Below, one piece after another: positions 30,457 to 37,687 of a stretch of 45,778 bases of DNA. The notes below the pieces were generated by a model. It was not told where the DNA came from, did not search any database, and saw only the letters and a list, made by a program, of their open reading frames with translations. Location of the stretch: the IMG/VR virus record IMGVR_UViG_3300035148_000140, positions 1-45,778 of that record, one strand, 5' to 3'. Positions within the stretch are counted from its first letter, which is position 1. Each line of letters opens with the position of its first letter. The stretch is from a virus (lineage: Duplodnaviria; Caudoviricetes). A program made the position numbers and the translations under genes.

Positions 30457-30499
30457 AGGGTAGCCCTCCCTGCCGGGATCGGAGAGGATCGGCTACGTT
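30457..30499. promoter_or_regulatory. Divergent -10 boxes: TACCCT (minus, 30462-30457) and TACGTT (plus, 30494-30499)
   Basis: TANNNT hexamers, both preceded by GGC, in the 73-nt divergent gap; the plus box is 6 nt before the amidase ATG. Confidence 0.5.
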
Positions 30500-30505
30500 G
30501 CCCGC

Positions 30506-31399
30506 ATGGCCCGCGCCCTCTGGCTCCCCGATGTCCTGGCTGCAGCCGGGCTCCACGTCGTCACCCATCCCGGCTGGGAGACGCGCGGCCACGAGATGGA
30601 AGCGGTCGAGGGCGTGTTCGCTCATCACACCGCGTCGCCGCCGCAGTCGACGCTGGCGACCAACCTCGGCGTCGTCACGAACGGCACGAACGGCACGCCG
30701 GGCCCGATCGCTCAGGTGTTGTTCTGGCGGAACGGTGACGCCCACGTCGTTGCCTCGGGCAAGGCGAACCACGGTGGCGCAGGTGGGCCGTGGGGCTGGC
30801 TGCCGTACTCCCCGCCCGGCCGGCTCTCGATCGCCAACGCCCGCACGATCGGCTTCGAGTGCGTCAACAGCGGTGTCGGTGAGCCCTGGTCGTTGGAGCT
30901 CGTCGAGGCGCTCCTGACCGGCATGGCGGCGGTGCTCGATCATGTCGGCGCGCCGGTCGAGCACGGGCTGATGCACGCCGAATGGGCCCCCGACCGCAAG
31001 ATCGACCCGGCAGGCCCGAACCCGCTGGTGCGCCTGCGCCCCCGTTCGCTGACGTGGGACGGCAACCACCTGCGCGAGCTCGTCGCCGCCCGCATGGGGC
31101 ACGGCGCACGGCTCGCCTCGATCCCGCCGCCCGTCACCCACTCGCCGCTGCCGGTCCTGCCGGTCCAGATCCCCGCACCACTAGGAGACGATGACATGCC
31201 CCCGATCCGCGTTCGCTTCCACGGCTACAAGAACGTCTTTCTGCTCACCGGAGGCGGGTACATCCACCTCACCGGGGCGCTGAACGACTACTACTCCAAC
31301 GCGCCGCTCGTCGTCTCGGAGTACCACGAGCAGGGCGTCAAGTCGGCGCTCGCGCAGTCGGGCCTGACGATGGCCGATCTGCTCCCCTCGGGCGAGTGA
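30506..31399 (+). CDS. Endolysin, N-acetylmuramoyl-L-alanine amidase (Amidase_2 type)
   Basis: WLPDVL..AGL....PGW.TRG, HHTA, ANHGG, TIGFE, HAEWAPDRKIDP zinc-amidase motifs. Confidence 0.92.
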   Translation: MARALWLPDVLAAAGLHVVTHPGWETRGHEMEAVEGVFAHHTASPPQSTLATNLGVVTNGTNGTPGPIAQVLFWRNGDAHVVASGKANHGGAGGPWGWLPYSPPGRLSIANARTIGFECVNSGVGEPWSLELVEALLTGMAAVLDHVGAPVEHGLMHAEWAPDRKIDPAGPNPLVRLRPRSLTWDGNHLRELVAARMGHGARLASIPPPVTHSPLPVLPVQIPAPLGDDDMPPIRVRFHGYKNVFLLTGGGYIHLTGALNDYYSNAPLVVSEYHEQGVKSALAQSGLTMADLLPSGE

Positions 31400-31400
31400 G

Positions 31401-31712
31401 ATGACGACGACGGGCGAGGGCATCGACCTCGACAAGATCGACCTCGCCGTCGTCCTGTACGTCCTGGCGATGGGAGCGATCATCGCCATCGTGGTCTACG
31501 CCGTGCTGCGCGCCGGCCAGCTGCCGCAACCGATGCCGCTGATGGTCGCCCTGTCGGTCGTGACGATCATCGCCCTGGCGGGCTACGTCCTCACCGAGGA
31601 CGCCCCGCTGGCCACGATCGCCGCCACCGGGGTCGGGGCGCTCGCCGGCGCCCTGTCGGCCACGTTCACCGCCACCAAGCCCGACGACGAACCCCCGCTG
31701 CCGGAGGAGTGA
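31401..31712 (+). CDS. Holin-like membrane protein
   Basis: About three hydrophobic segments; directly after the endolysin. Confidence 0.65.
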   Translation: MTTTGEGIDLDKIDLAVVLYVLAMGAIIAIVVYAVLRAGQLPQPMPLMVALSVVTIIALAGYVLTEDAPLATIAATGVGALAGALSATFTATKPDDEPPLPEE

Positions 31713-31713
31713 G

Positions 31714-31980
31714 TCACTCGTCGGGGACATCCTCGGCGTGGAACACGACGAGCTCGGGGGGATCGGACTCGACGTGCTCACCGCCGCCGGGGAGAGCGAC
31801 GAGACGAGGCCCGCCACACGGAAGGTCCATCACGTTCGACGGATGACGGGCACGCGACGGCGAACGATCCGGTTCGGCCATCAACCGGGCGTACAGATCG
31901 TTCTCGCCCCACCGGGACGCCGTGAACGCAACGAGCCCCGACGACGTCGGATTCGGATACGGCCAGCCGTTCGTGCTCAC
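31714..31980 (-). CDS. Hypothetical protein, 88 aa
   Basis: GTG start 6 nt after TAGAAT; convergent with the holin gene. Confidence 0.5.
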   Translation of the reverse strand: MSTNGWPYPNPTSSGLVAFTASRWGENDLYARLMAEPDRSPSRARHPSNVMDLPCGGPRLVALPGGGEHVESDPPELVVFHAEDVPDE

Positions 31981-31989
31981 CGCCAGATT

Positions 31990-32178
31990 CTACCGCGCCC
32001 CCGCACCGCCACCCGCTCTGCCGCCCGACGAACCCTGCGACCGGGCGGACTGACGGATGACGTGATGCACCTGACGCATCATGTCCGCCTCCCATGCCGC
32101 CTCGTTGCGAGTGCGGGTCTGCACCTGACGAGGGGTCGGCTTCTTCTGGGTGGACGGTGACGGCTTCTTCGCTGGCAT
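31990..32178 (-). CDS. Small basic hypothetical protein, 62 aa
   Basis: GAGGAG RBS; MPAKKPSPSTQKKPTPRQ... Confidence 0.6.
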   Translation of the reverse strand: MPAKKPSPSTQKKPTPRQVQTRTRNEAAWEADMMRQVHHVIRQSARSQGSSGGRAGGGAGAR

Positions 32179-32205
32179 CGCGGCATCTCCTCGGGAGGTT
32201 TGCCC

Positions 32206-32230
32206 CAGCGTAGACCGATGAGCTACGCTG
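32206..32230. promoter_or_regulatory. Inverted repeat creating back-to-back TACGCT -10 boxes
   Basis: CAGCGTAG-N9-CTACGCTG; TACGCT at 32224-32229 (+) and 32212-32207 (-). Confidence 0.55.
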
Positions 32231-32234
32231 AACG

Positions 32235-32759
32235 ACGAAGGGCGCCCCCTCGATCCCACAGTGACAAGCTGTGGGGGGAACGCCCTTCGGATCACGAATA
32301 TGTGCTGGCATCTTAGCCAGATGAGCGGCTCGAGGACAAGCCGAAAGGGCGTACACCAGTCGCACGGTGCGGGCCGACACACACGGGAACGTGGGTAGAT
32401 CACCGTTGCCCCTTGCGAGTCGCCTCAGACAGCACCGCCGGGGACGTCAATCGGTGAGGCGAACGAACTCACGAATCACGTGTGGCTCACGAACGAGCTG
32501 GGAGTCCGGGTGTGGCAACCGGACGGGGGGTGTGAGAACTCTGCCCGCCGTCAACCAGGGCACGAAGCAGTGGAGCGAAGCGGGTCATGCACCCAACCTC
32601 GCTCAGGACTGTCCACGAGTCGTCAGGTGGGCCACACGTGCAAGTGGACTGTCCGCACGTCATGAAGTGGGCCAGGACGGTTATATATGGGACCCGGGTC
32701 ATGGCACATCCCCCCCTCACTTCCTGCAAACCCCGCAGGAACTGGGGGCGGCGTGCCAT
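32235..32759 (+). ncRNA. Candidate large structured non-coding RNA or structured origin element; family unassigned
   Basis: No credible ORF; at least 9 nested helices, including 14-bp 32477-32490/32627-32640 with a U-G pair on the + strand; GGAA tetraloop; starts 6-7 nt after a -10 box. Confidence 0.55.
32606..32674 (+). repeat. Two 40-bp-period units GGACTGTCC-N12-GTGGGCCA, followed by TTATATAT
   Basis: Copies start at 32606 and 32646. Confidence 0.75.
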
Positions 32760-33053
32760 CCCTCCCGCCGCTACGGGTCTGGCCCCGACGGACGAGCGTG
32801 AGCACGGGTTCGACACCTCGTTGCAGATGCAACAACCTGCGGCACGGGCCAAGATACCCCCCGACGGTACCCCTGCGGATGGCCTGGCTCCCCAGCCCGG
32901 GTGGCCTGGTGGTTCGCACCCTGCAGACCTGGCGTCCTCATCCACCTGACCCACCGGCTCTCGCTCCCACCTTCCTCGTCGGGTTGTTGCAACGTCGTCT
33001 GTACGTCGTCGCTCACCCCACACCCCGCCCACTCTCACCGGAGGCTCACGATC

Positions 33054-33224
33054 ATGGCTGTGCGTTTCACCGTTGTACCGTCCTCTTCCTCGATGCGTTC
33101 GTCGTACCCGTGGTCGGTCGTCGATCGCACTGATTCGTCGGTGGTCTGGTATCACTCGTCGCTGCATGCGGCGACCGAGGATGCTGCCGAGGCGAACGCT
33201 CAGGCGCACACGGCTGCGACCTGA
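33054..33224 (+). CDS. Small hypothetical protein, 56 aa
   Basis: GGAGG RBS; MAVRFTVVPS...YPWSVVDRTD. Confidence 0.55.
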   Translation: MAVRFTVVPSSSSMRSSYPWSVVDRTDSSVVWYHSSLHAATEDAAEANAQAHTAAT

Positions 33225-33700
33225 TGCTCACGGGCGGGTATCCGCTCGGGTGCGTGCGGCCTGCTGCTACGGCTCGGGCTCGGTGGTGACGGGCTGGCAG
33301 GGCCCCTCCCACTCACCCACCGAAGGGTGAGCGGGCCCCGCCCCGCTGGAGCGCAGATGGTGCCGTGACCACGATGGCTCCGTGGGGCCCCCACCCCACT
33401 CCCACCATCGTTCGAGTGTGGTTGCTGCGCCGCACGCACCTGGCCCCACTGGTGGCCAGCGGAGAGTTCTCCACCATGCCACCTGACACGAGCCGGCGAA
33501 CCGATGCCGGCTCATGCCAGCTGACACAGTGAACAACCCTCCGGCCACCGGTGTCTGTCAAGCAACGGGGCCCGTCCCGACGACTGCTTGCCAAACCCCG
33601 GCAAGCAGTGAAGTCGGGCCACCCGTCCCGCTTGACAGTACGGCCAGGCACGCACGGCTTGGTCGCACAGGTGCGACGTGGCCCGCAACCCAGCGGCCCA
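33225..33700. other. Second hairpin-rich non-coding tract
   Basis: Nested 84-nt hairpin 33555-33638; GAGCCGGC/GCCGGCTC; CTCACCC/GGGTGAG; GTCGCAC/GTGCGAC. Confidence 0.6.
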
Positions 33701-33722
33701 CATCGCGAGAAAGGAACCACCC

Positions 33723-33956
33723 ATGCCCCAGCTGCACCGCTACGACCCGTCGACGGAGGAGGATCGCGCCGTACTGGCCAACGCCGGATGCTACGGAGAA
33801 CCCACCGACGACACCGACCCGACGCCCCCGCACGGTATCGACCGACCGTCCGCCCGACCGATCACCGTCACCGTCACGCACGTCGTCGGCCGTCACGTGT
33901 TCACCGAAGAGCGGACCCTCATCCGCACGTTTCACCCCAACACCCACAACCACTGA
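33723..33956 (+). CDS. Hypothetical early protein
   Basis: GAAAGGA RBS; ATG at 33723. Confidence 0.7.
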   Translation: MPQLHRYDPSTEEDRAVLANAGCYGEPTDDTDPTPPHGIDRPSARPITVTVTHVVGRHVFTEERTLIRTFHPNTHNH

Positions 33957-33976
33957 CCAGAAGGAACACACACACC

Positions 33977-34756
33977 ATGAGCAAGAACACCGCCCCCAGC
34001 AAGCCCGAACCAGGGTACGACTTCATCCACATGGATGACGAGATGTTGCACGCCGCAGCGGACGCGATCGCGGACGACCTCCTCGCCCACGCCACCGCCC
34101 ACGGCCTGGACATGGAAGGACTCCTGCCCTCCGAGCAAGCCGAGTACGACACCGCCAAGGCGGAGGCAGCCGAGTACGTCGCGACAGCGTTCGGGCCTAC
34201 GGTCTACACCGTCGCAGACCTCGCCCGCCGCCGCTTGCAGGACAAGGGAGGGAGCCTCCGTGCCAACGAGACCGCCGCGATGCTCCGCCTCCGTCAGCGT
34301 GTCCACCAAGGCGAGAAGATCGGGACGACCACAGCGTACGACTTCCGTACCGCGACCCTCTTCATCGGCCCCCGTCACCTGCGGAGCGCGATCATGTACG
34401 TCGTCGACTGGGCAGACCGCACCCGACCCGATGCCGTCGCAGCCGTCGTCGTCTACATCCCCCCGTCCGGCTCCGTCCGTGACGGAGGAGCCGAGCACCC
34501 AGGGTTCGTGAACGAGGCCACCGGAGAAATCGTGGAGCCCTACACCGACGAAGGGAAGTCGGGCCGCAACCCGTCGCCCCTCCTGCGGAGCTACCGCATC
34601 GCCCGCCTCCTGACCGCAGCCGAGCGCGAGCCCTACGAACTCGGGATGCAGCGTGCACAGGATGCACTCTGGACGATGGACCGCCTCGCCGCACGAGCGG
34701 ACCGGCGAGGCCTCGCCCCCGCACCGGAGGCCGACGACGACGACTACGACTTCTAG
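33977..34756 (+). CDS. Hypothetical early protein with acidic-aromatic C-terminal tail (DDDDYDF)
   Basis: GAAGGA RBS; ATG at 33977; followed by a strong hairpin. Confidence 0.8.
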   Translation: MSKNTAPSKPEPGYDFIHMDDEMLHAAADAIADDLLAHATAHGLDMEGLLPSEQAEYDTAKAEAAEYVATAFGPTVYTVADLARRRLQDKGGSLRANETAAMLRLRQRVHQGEKIGTTTAYDFRTATLFIGPRHLRSAIMYVVDWADRTRPDAVAAVVVYIPPSGSVRDGGAEHPGFVNEATGEIVEPYTDEGKSGRNPSPLLRSYRIARLLTAAEREPYELGMQRAQDALWTMDRLAARADRRGLAPAPEADDDDYDF

Positions 34757-34776
34757 TCACTGACGCCCCCCGCACC

Positions 34777-34811
34777 GAGCCCCGACCCGCACGCCTCGCG
34801 GGTCGGGGCTC
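34777..34811 (+). terminator. 14-bp perfect hairpin
   Basis: GAGCCCCGACCCGC-N7-GCGGGTCGGGGCTC, 20 nt after the stop codon. Confidence 0.7.
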
Positions 34812-34878
34812 CGGCGCGCCCGGACCCAGCACCGGCGAGCCGGCGGCGCCGGCCGAGCTCAGGCCCCAGAGTGGGGTT

Positions 34879-34930
34879 CCACTGGCCCATGTCCTGTTGC
34901 GCTGGACCACTGGCCCATGACTCGTTGCGC
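34879..34930 (+). promoter_or_regulatory. Tandem (28-bp period) copies of CCACTGGCCCATG-N4-GTTGCGC upstream of the early operon
   Basis: Copies at 34879 and 34907; related copies at 602, 2439, 9167 and 38363. Confidence 0.75.
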
Positions 34931-34958
34931 CATCACACCCACTTGAAAGGATCACCCG

Positions 34959-35534
34959 ATGCCCATCACCGAAGATCAGGCCGAGCAGATGACCACGCTC
35001 GCACTCGTCAACATGGTCAACGCCCTCGAAGAGAGCCTCGCTGCTCGCACCGGGGAGCTGCAGAACATGGACGTCGAGCTCAGTCACACCATGGCCACGC
35101 TGACCACCCGCAACGCCGACCTCGCCAACGTCCGCCGCCAGGTGGAGATGGCACGTGAAGCCCACCGCCACGACATCGACACCATCTCCAAGGCGCTGAC
35201 CGAGGAGGCCCGTGCCCGTGACTGGTGCAGTGAGTACGACCGCTTCCTCGAGAAGGTGAACCGCGACTTGAACATCGACCTCGCTCCCCGCCCACGCAAG
35301 TACCGGGTCACGACCCGCATCACGTTGGACATCGACCACTACGTGCTCACCGATGACGAGGAGGGCCTCGACGTGGAGGCAGGGTTCGACAAGCGTGACG
35401 TGCAGGAGTGCCTCAAGTGGATCGACCCGTCGGGTGTGACCCGTGAGATCAACGGTGAACCGGACGACGACAGCGGGTACCCCGGTGTGTCGCTCGACGT
35501 CATCGAGTTGAAGACCGATGTGTACCCGCTCTGA
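34959..35534 (+). CDS. Coiled-coil hypothetical protein
   Basis: GAAAGGA RBS; heptad-like N-terminal half; ARARDWCSEYD motif. Confidence 0.8.
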   Translation: MPITEDQAEQMTTLALVNMVNALEESLAARTGELQNMDVELSHTMATLTTRNADLANVRRQVEMAREAHRHDIDTISKALTEEARARDWCSEYDRFLEKVNRDLNIDLAPRPRKYRVTTRITLDIDHYVLTDDEEGLDVEAGFDKRDVQECLKWIDPSGVTREINGEPDDDSGYPGVSLDVIELKTDVYPL

Positions 35535-35677
35535 CGCAGCCGATGCGTCGCTGGTGTTGGCCAACGCCCTCACCTATCTGTCCACACGAGGCCGTTGCAA
35601 CAACGTTCCTCTCGACCTGCTCGTGTTGCGTGCCGAAGAGCGCCAGTACGAGTGCTATCCCGCCCTGAAGAGGAGCC

Positions 35678-36142
35678 ATGACGACCATCGCCCAACACCT
35701 GCTCGCCTCGTTCGACACGACCGATGACGAGGCCCGCTTCCTCAACGGGATCTTCGAGGGCAACCGTGTCCTCGCTGCCCGTGACCCATCGACCAAGCAC
35801 TGGGTCGTGATCGACGACGTGCCGCACATGCTCGCCGGGTTCAACTTCATGGTCCCGATGCTCGTCCTCTCCGACGTCGACGCCCTGGTGTACCTCTCTC
35901 GCGGTTCGCTCGAGGCGTTGAACAGCGACATCCCCGACTACACCGGCCCCATCGAGGGGGTCATCGGCCTGGCCATCACCGTCGATGGTGATCGTCGGGC
36001 AGAGATCACCGGGTACGACGTGCGCGACTGGGGTGCCTGCCACTACGCCGACATCTCGGCCGACACCCTGACCGGCGACCTCGCCTCCGTCTACATCACC
36101 ATGCGACTCATCGTCGCTCTCACAGCAAAGGCAACGACATGA
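35678..36142 (+). CDS. Hypothetical protein
   Basis: GAGGAG RBS; typical codon usage. Confidence 0.75.
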   Translation: MTTIAQHLLASFDTTDDEARFLNGIFEGNRVLAARDPSTKHWVVIDDVPHMLAGFNFMVPMLVLSDVDALVYLSRGSLEALNSDIPDYTGPIEGVIGLAITVDGDRRAEITGYDVRDWGACHYADISADTLTGDLASVYITMRLIVALTAKATT

Positions 36143-36639
36143 CCGACACCACCATCACCCCCCTGTACCGGCCGAACGACAACAAGATCGCCGCGCTCAC
36201 CGACTCGCTGACCATGGCTGCCGTCGTGGTCAAGCGCATGCCCGAACTGTTCACCAGCCAGATGCCGTGGTCGAACTACGGCGACGCCCCCGACTACCCC
36301 GAGATCCTCGTGCCCTCGATGACGATGAACTGCTACTGCTCGGCCGACGAGCTGCCCCGCATGATCGCACTCGCCCGTCGGGTGGCACGCATGGCCGGGA
36401 GCAAGGTCGAGAAGTACGCCAACGAGTACCACTACGGCGTGAAGGTCCGCATCGGTGAGGCGATGGAGCTCGACGTGTTCACCTCCCGCTCCGAGGTGTG
36501 CGAGCGCAAGGTCACCGGCACCCGCACCGTGACCAAGACCCGGGTCGTCGTGCCCGCCGTGACCGAGGAGTACGAGGACATCGAAGAGGTGACCGAGTGG
36601 GAGTGCCCGCCGTCCATCCTCGGAGCCGATGTCCAGTGA
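36139..36639 (+). CDS. Hypothetical protein (RxxVCER...EWEC motif)
   Basis: ATGA overlap; I recall this motif from actinophage proteins. Confidence 0.75.
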   Translation: MTDTTITPLYRPNDNKIAALTDSLTMAAVVVKRMPELFTSQMPWSNYGDAPDYPEILVPSMTMNCYCSADELPRMIALARRVARMAGSKVEKYANEYHYGVKVRIGEAMELDVFTSRSEVCERKVTGTRTVTKTRVVVPAVTEEYEDIEEVTEWECPPSILGADVQ

Positions 36640-36833
36640 CGCACATCCACAACGAGTGCATCATGCACATCTCCAAGTACGACGGTCGCTGGTACTGGTC
36701 GGTGTTCCTCGGGTTCCGTACCCACAGCGGGTTCATCTACCCCAACGGTGAGCTCGCCAAGGGCACGACCCGCTGGAAGTGGCAGGCCCGCATCGCTGCA
36801 CGTCAGGCCGCCGAGCGGCGAGGCCGACGATGA
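36636..36833 (+). CDS. Small Trp/Arg-rich hypothetical protein
   Basis: GTGA overlap; GGAG RBS. Confidence 0.65.
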   Translation: MTHIHNECIMHISKYDGRWYWSVFLGFRTHSGFIYPNGELAKGTTRWKWQARIAARQAAERRGRR

Positions 36834-36913
36834 GCCCCCGGCTCAGCCGTCTGGCCGGCGTCACCTTCCTCTGCTCGCTGCTCGCTGTGCTGTGGACCAT
36901 CACGTTCCTGTGA
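36830..36913 (+). CDS. 27-aa single-transmembrane peptide (not in the ORF track)
   Basis: ATGA overlap; MSPRLSRLAGVTFLCSLLAVLWTITFL; fills the gap almost exactly. Confidence 0.6.
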   Translation: MSPRLSRLAGVTFLCSLLAVLWTITFL

Positions 36914-36920
36914 GGATGGC

Positions 36921-37178
36921 ATGCCTCGATCCCAGTTCACCTACCCACGTCCACTGCTCGATGACGTGGCTGCTGCCCTCAAGGCCACGCGCGATCTGTC
37001 GTGGTGCGAGCCGCAGCTGCTGATCCTCGACATCACCATCGACGACATCGTCCGCACCCTCGGGGAGTTCTACCCCGACGCCGACACCGCTCGCTTCCGT
37101 GAGCACGCCGGCTACTTCACCCACCGGGCATCGACATCGTTCGGCCCACCACCACAAGGAGAGACACATCATGGCTGA
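36921..37178 (+). CDS. Hypothetical protein
   Basis: GAGGA RBS; operon packing. Confidence 0.7.
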   Translation: MPRSQFTYPRPLLDDVAAALKATRDLSWCEPQLLILDITIDDIVRTLGEFYPDADTARFREHAGYFTHRASTSFGPPPQGETHHG

Positions 37179-37671
37179 CAGCACCATCGAGATCGCCGGG
37201 AACCTGACCCGTGACCCGGAGCTCCGCTTCACCCAGGGAGGCAAGGCCGTGGCCTCGTTCTCCGTCGCAGTCAACAAGCGCTTCCAGCAGAACGGCGAGT
37301 GGGTCGATGGCCCGACGACGTTCTTCACCTGCAACGCATGGGAGGCACTCGGTGAGAACCTCGCCGCCTCCTGCCAGAAGGGCGATCGCGTCATCGTCCG
37401 TGGTCGCATCGAGTCCCGGGCGTGGGAAACCACCGAAGGGGAGAAGCGCACCAGCTGGGAGATCCACGTCGAAGACGTCGGCTGCTCGTTCAAGTTCGCC
37501 CGTGCCACCGTCGAGCGTGTCCGCAAGGCACACGACGACAGCGCACCACGCGAGCAGGCCCCGCCCCCCGCTGCTCCCGGCCCCTACATCGGCGGCGACG
37601 AAGAGCCCTTCGTCTCCCTCTACGCAGGGCACCAGTCATACCGCAACATCCACATGGAGCCGGGCTTCTAG
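37171..37671 (+). CDS. ssb: Single-stranded DNA-binding protein
   Basis: IAGNLTRDPELRFT..GKAVASFSVAVN, CNAW..LGEN, KGDRVIVRGR, GDEEPF. Confidence 0.95.
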   Translation: MADSTIEIAGNLTRDPELRFTQGGKAVASFSVAVNKRFQQNGEWVDGPTTFFTCNAWEALGENLAASCQKGDRVIVRGRIESRAWETTEGEKRTSWEIHVEDVGCSFKFARATVERVRKAHDDSAPREQAPPPAAPGPYIGGDEEPFVSLYAGHQSYRNIHMEPGF

Positions 37672-37687
37672 TTCTAATCTTTAGAAC

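Noticed and set aside
32318-32350. CAGATGAG...GAAA resembling a hammerhead core
   Set aside because: Core is CAGAUGA rather than CUGAUGA, stem II is out of register and stems I/III are not evident
32795-32825. GGGTTCGACACC resembling a tRNA T-loop
   Set aside because: No clean T-stem, acceptor stem, or D and anticodon arms could be built
33632-33660. Perfect TTGACA as a housekeeping promoter
   Set aside because: No TANNNT at 16-18 nt spacing on either strand; kept only as part of the hairpin
35518-35727. 69-aa ORF
   Set aside because: No RBS, atypical codons and a 50-nt overlap with the next gene; the region holds a GTTGCAAC site and is probably regulatory
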